DNA of 64,000 bases, taken from the IMG/VR virus record IMGVR_UViG_3300042691_032227; one strand, written 5' to 3'. The notes beneath the pieces are model-generated. The model did no database searches. It was not told where the DNA came from and saw only the letters and a program-made list of their open reading frames with translations. Of the stretch, positions 41,401 through 49,981 are shown one piece after another (position 1 is the first letter of the stretch; every line of letters begins with the position of its first letter). This DNA is from an uncultured virus (IMG/VR IMGVR_UViG_3300042691_032227) (lineage: Duplodnaviria > Heunggongvirae > Uroviricota > Caudoviricetes). The position numbers and the translations under genes are program-made.

Positions 41401-41583
41401 GATGAAGGATTTGGTTGTGCTGACAGCGACCACTTGGGTCAGATGGGTGCTTTATTTAACTATTTAAAACATCAATTTGATTTTATCTGGGTTATTAGTC
41501 ATCTGGATCAAATGAGAGATATGGTTGATACTAGACTAGAAATAAAAAAAGAAAACGGATATAGTAAGGTAGTATATATTTGA
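38398..41583 (+). CDS. Fused SbcD(Mre11/gp47)-SbcC(Rad50/gp46) recombination nuclease
   Basis: DIH, GDIFH, GNHD, GDIHKH phosphoesterase motifs; APNASGKS Walker A; CTYC hook; ASGME signature; ICIDEG Walker B; ISH. Confidence 0.9.
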   Translation: MIVLKNTDEKINCIMHIADIHIRLTQRHDEYKSVFQKFYAALDKAKTLNAVLVVAGDIFHNKSDLSPECVKIGSEFLKNCADRVPTILTAGNHDATLANKSRLDCLTPIVDSLNHSNLYYLKASDVFRYENILFNNFSVFDSPEKYVKLDDVPAKYLVGTDHHIALFHGPVNNAVTDIGYTVSNRAITNELFDGHHIAMLGDIHKHQVLQEYDEKENKPVIVYAGSMIQQNHGEELKGHGFLMWDLKRKVYKHYELSNDHGFYTVEINKGKLVTDISSIPKKATLRVICRESIPSQVKEIVSEIKEKCTLVETTYVRGDELSNDLTLKSGQIFDIHNIFNVDYQNKLIEDNLVSKNLGKDIIEKVKELNKTLNKEIPKDKAPKNIRWKPKMFEFDNMFSYGEGNIIDFTKLKGTIGLFAPNASGKSSIMDALAFCVFDKFSKGFKASHVLNTQKMSFRCKFNFEVNGVDYFIERDGKADKKGNVKVDVKFYKIENGNEVPLNGEARRSTNDIIRDYVGTYEDFILTVLSIQNSKAGSFIDLGQTERKDLLCQFMGLTVFDQLYNLANDKFKETNTLLKNVSKEQLLQELQNVSGSIDINNSSITQYNLEVKELESKKDEQNNKLLELSNNVVKTSSFDIDITELESEKKDLESKVSNFEKDINDKKTKFLSIESELNNLSSSLKSCDNIETDYEQYKICKDEESKKSSEIDKLKVVVKNKIDKLKKLEEHKYDPNCTYCVNNVFVKDAIKTKEELELDKNKGKLLVEEYNIIKNRLDSFGDIETRYKECQSVNNNKVKLEKTKEVLSTAILRDENFKIKLQNTLKEVVQKIENFYKNKDIIENNIKLIAEINDVKSLIKDCEVQIKSLNNKLFNTSTEKGRLELQYKNTTDQLNKVKELEDSYESYKLYTNVISRDGIPYEIITKTLPEIEKEVNNILHQLVEFSVSMQTDGKNISTNIVYDDRQWPLEMASGMEKFVSGLAIRVALINISNLPRPNIICIDEGFGCADSDHLGQMGALFNYLKHQFDFIWVISHLDQMRDMVDTRLEIKKENGYSKVVYI

Positions 41584-41589
41584 TATTAT

Positions 41590-43512
41590 ATGAAGATATT
41601 GTTTATAACACCACATTTGTCTACAGGCGGAGGTCCACAATACTTATTAAAGAAAATCGTCGAATTGAAAGATCATCACGATGTTTATTGTGTTGAATAT
41701 GATGATATTACAGGAGGTGTATTTGTAGTACAACGTAATAGAATACGAGAAATACTAGGCGATAAGTTAATAACACTTACCGACAATAAAGTAGAATTAT
41801 TAAATCAAATCGATAATATTAAACCTGACGTAATTCACTTTGAAGAATTGCCTGAGTATTTTTGTGAGAGAACGATTGCTGAAAAAATCTATGTTTCTGA
41901 CAGAACTTATAAAATCATAGAAACCTCACATGATAGTAGTTTCGAGGTAAGTTCTAAACAATTTTTTCCAGATAGATTTGCTTTTGTAAGCATTTATCAA
42001 AAGAAAATGTTCGCCTCTTTGGATATACCATCGGATGTTGTAGAATATCCTATTGAATATAAAACCAAGACTGATAGAAATAGTTCGTTATTGGCATTAG
42101 GTTTAGATCCGAATCTCACACATTTTGTGAATGTAGGATTGTTTACTCCTCGTAAAAATCAGGCAGAAATTATAGAATATGCTCGTAGATTAACGGATCA
42201 GCCTGTTCAATTTCATTTCGTAGGTAATCAAGCACAAAATTTTAGTTTCTACTGGGAACCTTTAATAAAAGATTTACCTAAAAATTGTAAGATTTGGGGA
42301 GAACGTAGAGATGTAGATACATTTTATAATGCAATGGATGTATTTTTGTTTACCTCAAAAGGTACTATTAAAGATAAAGAGACAAGTCCATTAGTTATAA
42401 GAGAAGCTATAGGTTGGAATATTCCATCGTTATTGTATAACTTACCAGTTTACTGTGGAATGTATGATAAGTATCCAAATTTAAATTGGTTAACCCCAGA
42501 TTTTGAAAACAACTTAAAGTTGATAAAAGATAAAATAAAATCAAATATTGTAGATATTACCAATGTCGATTTAGATATCAATCTATCATTTACCGAGCCA
42601 AACTCTATACATTTAATTTCAAGTAAAGGATTTAGTGGTTATGTATCTGTTAAAGATAATATGACAAAAATGCCTATGTATTTTTGTCATATAAGCATGG
42701 AAAAAGATTGTTGGTGGCGTATAGTTCCAAATGGAGATAGAAACTTTAAAAACGAAAGTTATTTTAGCGAATTTTTGTTAGAATTTTATACAAATGATAA
42801 AAAACTAATTGGCTCTAAAACTCTAAAGATAAGAGATCTGGACTATACTCCGATCAAACTGAATAAAAACTTTTCTCCGTTTGACTGTTTGTATATTAAT
42901 TATAAACAAATGTTTTATGAAGACATTTATAAAAATTGTGAATTGTCAAATCTTAATACTGTTATTGATATAGGAGCAAATGTAGGATTATTCAGTTTGT
43001 ATATGTTAAATATACGTAACTGTAATACTATACACGCTGTAGAACCTACTAAGAAAGCGTTTGATCAAATATCGGAATCTTTAAAGGGTGAAAGCAACGC
43101 TCATATTCATAAGTTAGCAATTTATAATTTTAATGGAAAATTTAAAATAAAGTCAGTCGAAGATAATTCTACGATTAGTGGATTTATAGACGATACTCAT
43201 CCATATACAAATCACAATATGAATGAAGAAGAAGTCGATGTCATCACTCTTAAAGACTTTATGATCAACAATAAATTAGATCACGTAGATTTGATTAAAA
43301 TAGATATTGAAGGAGCCGAGTATGATGTAATCAATAGCCTTTCAGATAAAGACTTATTAAAATCAGATAGATATTTAATTGAATATCACTGGGCCAAACA
43401 TAAAAATATAAAGCCGATTGTTGAAAGATTTAAATCTATAGGATACTCAATATATAATCCAGAAGACCCAGAATTCAAAGAAGATGTAGGTTTCTTTTTT
43501 GCAAAAAAATAA
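41590..43512 (+). CDS. GT4-like glycosyltransferase fused to FkbM methyltransferase
   Basis: MKILFITPHLSTGGG, VG..RKNQ, ETSPLVIREA; IDIGANVG and IKIDIEGAE. Confidence 0.82.
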   Translation: MKILFITPHLSTGGGPQYLLKKIVELKDHHDVYCVEYDDITGGVFVVQRNRIREILGDKLITLTDNKVELLNQIDNIKPDVIHFEELPEYFCERTIAEKIYVSDRTYKIIETSHDSSFEVSSKQFFPDRFAFVSIYQKKMFASLDIPSDVVEYPIEYKTKTDRNSSLLALGLDPNLTHFVNVGLFTPRKNQAEIIEYARRLTDQPVQFHFVGNQAQNFSFYWEPLIKDLPKNCKIWGERRDVDTFYNAMDVFLFTSKGTIKDKETSPLVIREAIGWNIPSLLYNLPVYCGMYDKYPNLNWLTPDFENNLKLIKDKIKSNIVDITNVDLDINLSFTEPNSIHLISSKGFSGYVSVKDNMTKMPMYFCHISMEKDCWWRIVPNGDRNFKNESYFSEFLLEFYTNDKKLIGSKTLKIRDLDYTPIKLNKNFSPFDCLYINYKQMFYEDIYKNCELSNLNTVIDIGANVGLFSLYMLNIRNCNTIHAVEPTKKAFDQISESLKGESNAHIHKLAIYNFNGKFKIKSVEDNSTISGFIDDTHPYTNHNMNEEEVDVITLKDFMINNKLDHVDLIKIDIEGAEYDVINSLSDKDLLKSDRYLIEYHWAKHKNIKPIVERFKSIGYSIYNPEDPEFKEDVGFFFAKK

Positions 43513-43516
43513 AATT

Positions 43517-46099
43517 ATGTTTCCTAAAAAAGCATTTGTAACGTTTGTTAATGAACGTTACTGTCCATTAGTAGAAAAATTAATAGAAAGTATAAGTTTA
43601 TTTTCAAGTTATCCAATAATATTATACACTTTTAATTTTGACTATACTAAGAAACATAATAACGTTTATACAAAACGTATAGACGATGTGAATTTGAAAG
43701 ACCCTAATTTTATACTTAGTACTGATACGAGTTTAGGTATAGTAGAACGTAGCGATTATAATACATACTACGTTTTAAGTAGAAAACCAAGTGTAATATT
43801 AGATGTTTTAAATCATGGATTAGAAGAAGGAATATTTCTAGATGCTGATGGGATAGTTCGTGAAAATATCGATGAATCTTTTGAATACTTAAAAGAGTGT
43901 GAAAATTATCCTCTGGTTGGTAAAGGTATATTCGAATACATGATTTTAAACGGAATTGGCGATCCCAGATTAGGCGACCCGTTGGAACTTCCAATGATGA
44001 ATCTATATGATGTTAAACATAGATCGATGTATTATGTACAAACAAATTTTATAGTATTTAATAAGAACTGTTGTTCTTTTTTTGAAGAATGTATAAAAAT
44101 ATCAAATGATATACGTATATTAAACAATAATTTATTGTATGCGCCGTATCATGATGAAACAATAATAAATGTATTGTTATGGAAATATAATGCAACTAAA
44201 CATCTGCCTATTATTCACTTCAATTTGTCGAATTGCGATTCTATAAAAAATTTTTATGAAAATCCAAAAACTGATTATTGGGTTGATGAATGTGCATGGC
44301 ATTACATACCAAAAGATAAAAATGATATAAAATTTTTCCATGGATGTAAATCGGTTTCTGAGTTAGATAACTGTTTAGAATATTTAAAAAACAAGATTTT
44401 TAATATGAATGGATTTTATAAAAATAAAAAGAGAATTGCAATAGTAACGTTGTTTGATAAAAACTATGCTGATTTAGCAAAACTATCAATACCAAATAAA
44501 ATGTCATACGCCGGTAAATATGATTATGATTTTATTTATTTTAACGATGTTATTGATAGGACAAGACCTGCTCAATGGGGAATGGTGAAGGCTGTAGAAA
44601 GTCTTTTGTTAACGGATAAATATGATTGGGTATGGTGGATCGATTTAGATTCGTTGATAGTAAATTTTGATATTCAGTTAGAATCGATAATTGACAATAA
44701 TTATGATTTAATTTTTACAGCAAACAAATACAGTTATATATCTAATGGATCTGCGTTTTATAGAAATTGTGATTTGACAAAACAATTTTTAAGAGATGCA
44801 TATGACTTAGAAAAACCATATCTTAAAAACATAGATGTTAATGTATTTGATCATGCACAACAATCTATGCGATTGTTATTATTAAACGAAGAAGTTTATA
44901 AGAATCGTACAAAAATGATTCATGAACGAGTTTGTAATGGATTTTGTAAAACAAATGACCCGAATGTGTTACAATATTATCCAAATTGGAATCAAGAAGA
45001 TAACATATATCAATCAGGCGACTTTATTATTCAATTTTGTGGTAGATCGTATCAACAAAGATTGGATGACTTTTTGGAATATATGTTACCAAAAAAGATT
45101 GCTTTAATATTATTTTCAAACGACGATTACATAATTAATAGTCAATTACAGTCTGTGAAAAACACACAATTTGAGCTGGAGATTTATCTTTCAAGAGATT
45201 ATTCTCCAAATGGATATGCTTCATTTTCACAAATGGTTAATGAATCGGTTTATAATACGAAATCCGAATATATGATTTTTGTAAATCCAAAAACAGTTTT
45301 AAATGAGAATGATTTAAAGTTTATAATAAAAGAATTAATGTTAGGTAAATGCTTTGCGTCTTTAGTTGGATTTGGTTTATTTGGTACAACAAAATCATTA
45401 TTTAAAGAAATAGGCATGATGGATGAACGGTTTCTCGCCGGTGAGTATGAAGATAACGATTTTGCTTTAAGACTTAAACTTTTTGGAAAGGCAATATATG
45501 TAAAATTAGATTTATCTAAATATGACTATTTGAAACACTCATCGGCATATAATGTTATTAGAGGTTGTGGTTTATCATTGTTTAATGATAAGTGGAATCC
45601 AAGTCATGATGCTAAAACATACACTATCACAGAAAATAATATGAAAAATAAACGTTTACCAAAACATATTGAGGTAGACGAAAGTGTAAAATATTCTTGG
45701 ATGAATTTTGACAAATCGGAAATTCACGATGATTATTATATCTTTAATCATTTAAAAAATTATAAAATAAAAGTTGTTAGTAAAAACAAAGTTAGATCTG
45801 AAATAAATGGATCGTTAACAGTCAAATTTAGTGATACGAATCAATTCTATATCGAATTTATAGCTGATAAACTTCATTTTATTACTGTACATGTCAATGA
45901 TATTACACACCCTACAATACATCACGCGCCTATTAATTTAGTTTTATGTGCTAATAATTGGTGGGGTGTTGAATTGGATAGTAAAAAACGTCATGAACTT
46001 AAGGTTTTTAGTGAAGGCACTTTATTATATAAAACGATATTAGTAAAACCATTTGAAACCGTCAATAAATTTATAACACATATATATCATTTCGATTAA
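43517..46099 (+). CDS. Multi-domain glycosyltransferase (GT-A + GT34/MNN10-like + GT2-like)
   Basis: FLDADG..HDET; YDWVWWIDLDSLIVN; IGMMDERF..GEYEDND; ATG at 43517 preferred to TTG at 43499. Confidence 0.72.
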   Translation: MFPKKAFVTFVNERYCPLVEKLIESISLFSSYPIILYTFNFDYTKKHNNVYTKRIDDVNLKDPNFILSTDTSLGIVERSDYNTYYVLSRKPSVILDVLNHGLEEGIFLDADGIVRENIDESFEYLKECENYPLVGKGIFEYMILNGIGDPRLGDPLELPMMNLYDVKHRSMYYVQTNFIVFNKNCCSFFEECIKISNDIRILNNNLLYAPYHDETIINVLLWKYNATKHLPIIHFNLSNCDSIKNFYENPKTDYWVDECAWHYIPKDKNDIKFFHGCKSVSELDNCLEYLKNKIFNMNGFYKNKKRIAIVTLFDKNYADLAKLSIPNKMSYAGKYDYDFIYFNDVIDRTRPAQWGMVKAVESLLLTDKYDWVWWIDLDSLIVNFDIQLESIIDNNYDLIFTANKYSYISNGSAFYRNCDLTKQFLRDAYDLEKPYLKNIDVNVFDHAQQSMRLLLLNEEVYKNRTKMIHERVCNGFCKTNDPNVLQYYPNWNQEDNIYQSGDFIIQFCGRSYQQRLDDFLEYMLPKKIALILFSNDDYIINSQLQSVKNTQFELEIYLSRDYSPNGYASFSQMVNESVYNTKSEYMIFVNPKTVLNENDLKFIIKELMLGKCFASLVGFGLFGTTKSLFKEIGMMDERFLAGEYEDNDFALRLKLFGKAIYVKLDLSKYDYLKHSSAYNVIRGCGLSLFNDKWNPSHDAKTYTITENNMKNKRLPKHIEVDESVKYSWMNFDKSEIHDDYYIFNHLKNYKIKVVSKNKVRSEINGSLTVKFSDTNQFYIEFIADKLHFITVHVNDITHPTIHHAPINLVLCANNWWGVELDSKKRHELKVFSEGTLLYKTILVKPFETVNKFITHIYHFD

Positions 46100-46100
46100 A

Positions 46101-47075
46101 ATGAAAAATATAGCAATAATATCATGTTATGCAGATTCACCTTATAAAAAATCAATATTACTTGATTATATAAGACAGTTTAAAAAACTATCAAATACTG
46201 ATATATTATTAGTATCACATATTCCCTTACCGGAACATATATTAAATGAGATTAATTACTTTATTTACGACTCCGATAACTTTTTATTGCCCCTACAAAA
46301 CACACCTGTTTCTTGGTTTGTTTATAACAAGTTAAAAATAAACATACTTAGTTGTAGACATGGATTTGCGTTTATGAAAAACGTGAATAATGCATTAAAA
46401 TTTGTCAAATCTCTAGGTTATGATAAATTTATTTTTTCAGATTACGACAACATTTTAAACGATGAAGATTTATTTAAAATTAGTAATATACCACAGTTAT
46501 TAGATCAACATGGTAAAAAGATGTTTGTTTTTAAAAATTATAATAGATCCAGCCCTGGTGGTTACTCGTATGAATCTAAATTTTTTGCGGGTGACGTAAA
46601 TTATTTTGTAGATGCCGTTCCATTACCTGTGAGTTATGACGATTGGCTTAATATAGAACCATATAAATCTTCTTCGAATATAGTGGAAGAAATACTTGTA
46701 TCTTTATTTAATAAATTTGAAAATGAATTGTATATTATAGAAGATAATATAAACTCTTATTTTTCAAAAAGCCAAATTGATATTTTTCATCATTTCAACA
46801 AAAAATATTCATTGATTTATAATTTGAATGATAAATTTAAACCTTTGTTTTTTTATATAACATCCGAAGACGGTGAGTTTGAGTTGATAGTTAATAATCA
46901 AACTATATTCAAGGTTGAATGCAATAAATCAAATTGGTTATTACATTTCATAGATATAAATGAAATTGATACCGAGATTGTGTTTAAATATAATAATGAA
47001 ATCTTATTTGATAGGATAGTTAATATCAATACTATAGAGAATTTAAAATCTATAGCCTACGTACAAACAGTTTAA
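46101..47075 (+). CDS. Hypothetical protein, possibly glycosyltransferase-related
   Basis: ILLVSH..YDSDN, SDYD motifs; inside glycan cassette. Confidence 0.5.
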   Translation: MKNIAIISCYADSPYKKSILLDYIRQFKKLSNTDILLVSHIPLPEHILNEINYFIYDSDNFLLPLQNTPVSWFVYNKLKINILSCRHGFAFMKNVNNALKFVKSLGYDKFIFSDYDNILNDEDLFKISNIPQLLDQHGKKMFVFKNYNRSSPGGYSYESKFFAGDVNYFVDAVPLPVSYDDWLNIEPYKSSSNIVEEILVSLFNKFENELYIIEDNINSYFSKSQIDIFHHFNKKYSLIYNLNDKFKPLFFYITSEDGEFELIVNNQTIFKVECNKSNWLLHFIDINEIDTEIVFKYNNEILFDRIVNINTIENLKSIAYVQTV

Positions 47076-47117
47076 TTAAAATAAACGATTTGGTATTTTT
47101 GTTCTATAAATAATAGT

Positions 47118-49889
47118 ATGAGAATTATTAATGTTACACCGGGTCTAATTTCGATTCCTCCAAATGGATGGGGGGCTGTAGAAAAAATTATTTGGGAATA
47201 TCATTTGATTTTAGAACGTAAAAATATACAGAGTAAAATTTGTTATTTGGATGAAGTTAATTATAAACATGGCGATATAGTTCACATACACATTGCAAAT
47301 TTAGCAGTACAGGCACATAAACGAGGAATACCTTATTATTTTACATGTCATGATCATCATGCCTATTTATACGGTAAAGATTCCGGTATATTCAAACAAA
47401 ACTACGAAGCAATAAAAAATTCTATAAAATCGTTTGTTCCGGCAAAGTACTTAATAGATTACTTCAATTTACCAAATTTAGAATATTTAAGTCACGGTGT
47501 AAATTCTGATTTTTTTAAACCAGTTGAAAAAAAGTTCTCGACACATAAACTATTATGTGTAGCTAATAATGGGTTTACACATGACATGTCAGAAGATCGT
47601 AAAGGATTTTTGTACGCAATTGAAGTGGCTAAAAAATTAAACTTACCAATTACCATTGCAGGACCGAAAAATAACAAGAAGTTTTTTGATAAAATCAATC
47701 CTACGTATGAAAAATTAACTATAAAGTACGATCTTACTGAACAGGAGTTGTTGAAAACTTATCAAGAACATACTATATTTTTACATCCTTCTATATTAGA
47801 AGCAGGACATCCAAATTTAACATTATTAGAAGCGATGTCATGTGGTTTACCAATCGTAGGAACGTTTGAAAAAAATAATACATTATCTGGTCTCTATAGA
47901 ATAGAAAGAGATACTGAAAGTGTATTAACAGGCGTGAAACATGTTATTCAACACTACGATAAATTTAGAGAAAATTCTATAATTACAGCAAAAAATAAAT
48001 CGTGGGACAAAATTGTAGATACATTATTAGATAGATACGTTTTAAAAGATTCAAATATGAAAACTCAATTAGAAGAGATTTATAAAAATACAGTTATTAA
48101 CCATAAAAATAGCATACCTCCTAGAAATGTTATAAAACATGATTTTACAGATGGGTGTAAAGTGGAAGTATTGGGACACTTTGATAGAGAGTATTCTGTC
48201 AAGTTTTTTAATAAACAAAATAATAGTTTGGTTTATGAGACTCGGATAAAAAATAATATGTGGTGTATGCCTAGTATTAAGTATTTTATAAACTGGCGAA
48301 TTGAAGTTTTAGATCTTCATACAAAGGAACAAACTAATTTTGATTTTGATTTGAATGGTAAATCTGTAAAAATTATAAATGAATCCCCATCTTTAGGAGA
48401 TTTTATTTCGTGGATGCCTTATATTGACAAATTTCAAAAAACTCATAAGTGTGATTTAGATTTTTATACACCACATTTAGATTTGTTTAAAGAATCATAT
48501 CCAAACATTAATTTTTTAAAATTTGACGCGGCTGTTTTAAAAGAATATTACGCTTCATATAAAATTGGATGTTTTATGTCTGATGAGGCGAGACAATATT
48601 CTCCAAAAGATTATAGAACACAGAATTTACAACAAATAACCGCTGAGATTTTGGGATTTGAATATAAAGAAATTCTTCCCAAAAAGTTAAAATCAACACG
48701 GGGAAGTAATATTCCAAAAAAATACGTATGTATAGCAACACAGTCAACGTCTCAGTGTAAATACTGGAGTGCAGATGGATGGCAACAAACAGTAGACTAT
48801 TTAAAATCACTTGACTATGAAGTAGTTTGTATAGATAGATATTCACAATATGGCAATAGCGTTGTAATAAACTCTATTCCTAAGAATTGTATTGATAAAA
48901 CAGGAGACATTTCTTTACAAGACCGTATAGATGATATATCTAATTGTGAGTTTTTTATAGGACTTAGTTCTGGACTATCGTGGTTAGCATGGGCTTGTCA
49001 TAAACCTGTAATTATGATTTCTGGATTTACAAAGGCTTTTAATGAATTCAATAATCCGTATAGAGTGATAAATGAATCGGTATGTAATGGATGTTGGAAT
49101 AATACAAAATTTAAATTCGACGGCGGAGATTGGAATTGGTGTCCAGTTAATAAAGGTACAGAAAAACAATTTGAATGTTATAAACAAATATCGTTTGAAA
49201 CGGTAAAACAAAATATTGATCGGTTGATAAACCCAAATCAAGATATTAAATCTACAAAAAAATTCGATCCATTTACATATAAAGAAATATTTGAATGGAA
49301 TCAATATGAGAAATTTGTGCAGGTGGAAAAAAATGATTTTGTAGTAGATTTGGGATGTTCTATGGGATATTTTTATATCAAACACAAAAATAAAGGTATA
49401 AAGTATATTGGCGTAGATGGCAGTACCGATTGTTTGTCTGACTTTATAGATAATATAGACGGAGATACGTCGCCTGTTTTAATTCACTCCTTAATTGATA
49501 CACGTAAATCAATTCAAACATTTGCTTCAATGTTCCACAATAACAAAGAACAAAAATCTTTATCTATAACATTTCCGGATCTGATAAAATTACTGAATCG
49601 TTCTGTTGATTTCTTAAAATTTGATATCGAAGGTTTTGAAAAAACGTTTTTAGACGAAAATTATGATTTATTTAAATCTTCTGTCAAAAAGTTCAGCGGA
49701 GAATTTCATTTTGCAGGTGGACATTTTCCCAGAAATTACGGATACGAAGTACTTAAGAAGGTAATGTACGATAAAGATTTAACCGTTCGACTGTTTTCTA
49801 TCGATGGTGTTGATATTACAGATAGCTTCTGGAACGATCCAAATTACTATACGGAGATCATTATATCTGGGTTTGTAAATAAATCTTAA
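47118..49889 (+). CDS. Fusion: GT4-like + Aah/TibC-like protein O-heptosyltransferase + FkbM-like domain
   Basis: IPPNGWGAVE/EAGHPNLTLLEAM (GT4); SLGDFISWMPY, QSTSQCKYW, FIGLSSGLSWLAW, ISGFT, CNGCW..WCP..FEC (heptosyltransferase); VDLG..KFDIEGFE. Confidence 0.8.
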   Translation: MRIINVTPGLISIPPNGWGAVEKIIWEYHLILERKNIQSKICYLDEVNYKHGDIVHIHIANLAVQAHKRGIPYYFTCHDHHAYLYGKDSGIFKQNYEAIKNSIKSFVPAKYLIDYFNLPNLEYLSHGVNSDFFKPVEKKFSTHKLLCVANNGFTHDMSEDRKGFLYAIEVAKKLNLPITIAGPKNNKKFFDKINPTYEKLTIKYDLTEQELLKTYQEHTIFLHPSILEAGHPNLTLLEAMSCGLPIVGTFEKNNTLSGLYRIERDTESVLTGVKHVIQHYDKFRENSIITAKNKSWDKIVDTLLDRYVLKDSNMKTQLEEIYKNTVINHKNSIPPRNVIKHDFTDGCKVEVLGHFDREYSVKFFNKQNNSLVYETRIKNNMWCMPSIKYFINWRIEVLDLHTKEQTNFDFDLNGKSVKIINESPSLGDFISWMPYIDKFQKTHKCDLDFYTPHLDLFKESYPNINFLKFDAAVLKEYYASYKIGCFMSDEARQYSPKDYRTQNLQQITAEILGFEYKEILPKKLKSTRGSNIPKKYVCIATQSTSQCKYWSADGWQQTVDYLKSLDYEVVCIDRYSQYGNSVVINSIPKNCIDKTGDISLQDRIDDISNCEFFIGLSSGLSWLAWACHKPVIMISGFTKAFNEFNNPYRVINESVCNGCWNNTKFKFDGGDWNWCPVNKGTEKQFECYKQISFETVKQNIDRLINPNQDIKSTKKFDPFTYKEIFEWNQYEKFVQVEKNDFVVDLGCSMGYFYIKHKNKGIKYIGVDGSTDCLSDFIDNIDGDTSPVLIHSLIDTRKSIQTFASMFHNNKEQKSLSITFPDLIKLLNRSVDFLKFDIEGFEKTFLDENYDLFKSSVKKFSGEFHFAGGHFPRNYGYEVLKKVMYDKDLTVRLFSIDGVDITDSFWNDPNYYTEIIISGFVNKS

Positions 49890-49981
49890 CAAAATCCAAA
49901 AAGATATAATAAATAGTTCAATCTTGACTTTTTTCTGTTATATTTATTGATTAAATATAACTTCGAAAGGATATTAACATT

